DNA of 64,000 nucleotides from an uncultured Oscillospiraceae bacterium (GTDB lineage Bacteria; Bacillota; Clostridia; Oscillospirales; Oscillospiraceae): NCBI GenBank assembly GCA_910589155.1, contig CAJURY010000004.1, positions 29,157 to 93,156 of the forward strand, read 5' to 3'. Shown piece by piece: positions 63,530 to 64,000 of this stretch (position 1 is its first letter; each line of letters starts with the position of its first letter). The notes under the pieces were generated by a model. It saw only the letters and a program-made list of their open reading frames with translations, ran no database searches and was not told where the DNA came from. The position numbers and the translations under genes were made by a program.

Positions 63530-63579
63530 GCAACCAGAAAGACCGCCAAAGCAAAGGCTTTGGCGGTCTTTCTGGTTGC
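63530..63579 (+). terminator. Strong hairpin (22-bp perfect stem), possible terminator
   Basis: GCAACCAGAAAGACCGCCAAAG-CAAAGG-CTTTGGCGGTCTTTCTGGTTGC. No clear T-run. Confidence 0.5.
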
Positions 63580-63645
63580 AGTGTTCCGTTATTGCAGACA
63601 GGCGAAACCCACGGGGCAGCTACCGGGAAAATGCTGTTTGCCGTC

Positions 63646-64000
63646 GTAGGGGCGAACCTGCGTCGGAGCAAGCTCCAATGCGCACGTTTCTGCACAAGCG
63701 CAGAAACGCGCAGAATTTCGCTGCGCCTCCTTTCCAAATGGAACCCGCTGCGCTGGGCTTCCATTTGGCGCAAATCCCAATTTTTGCTGTAGGGGCGCAC
63801 CTATGTGTGCGCCCCTTGGGAGGCAGGTTCAAATTTGTCATTGCGAACCAGTGACGTCAGTCACTGGTTCGCAATCTAAAAACAGTTTTTTGCGGAATTC
63901 CCATAAAGATTGCTACGTCGGCTGCGCCTTTCCACAATGACAGCGCTTTTACAAATTGCGCCGGAAACTTGATGGGCCGCAACGGGCGGACACATAGATC
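63646..64000. repeat. Rearranged C-type composite element running off the window end
   Basis: GTAG start at 63646. An exact copy of the 993-1018 REP lies at 63789-63814. A partial inverted REP lies at 63984-64000. Confidence 0.8.

Overview
This window is the origin-proximal region of a high-GC, spore-forming Clostridia chromosome (Oscillospiraceae/Ruminococcaceae-like; no species call). The backbone carries parA(partial)+2 parS, gap, groES/groEL with a perfect CIRCE, glpK, and dnaA-[DnaA-box cluster]-dnaN-yaaA-recF-gyrB-gyrA. It continues with a CUT1 sugar ABC transporter plus GH130 phosphorylase plus GH38 alpha-mannosidase, T-box-controlled thrS, spoVT, secA-pgeF, a FemAB-family gene, an alr-like racemase and an M3 peptidase. 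No tRNA, rRNA or CRISPR was found.

Accessory or unusual content:
1. A visibly AT-rich two-gene type II R-M island (C5-MTase plus NgoMIV-like endonuclease).
2. A duplicated convergent small-RNA/small-hydrophobic-peptide module that looks like a type I toxin-antitoxin pair, next to a small XRE gene with a palindromic operator.
3. A frameshifted IS200/RayT-like HUH transposase remnant, bracketed by inverted GTAG-hairpin repeats, sitting between gyrB and gyrA.
4. Three interlocking intergenic repeat families (GTAG+hairpin REP-like units, a ~100-nt 'B' unit, and a ~320-bp composite) at more than 12 intergenic loci, often abutting stop codons.
5. A three-gene prophage remnant (BppU-type tail fibre, unknown protein, TcdE-type holin) with no lysin or integrase.

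Many long ORFs in the supplied track are antisense shadows of real genes or read across repeats, and were rejected. All family assignments come from motif reading and memory, not database searches.
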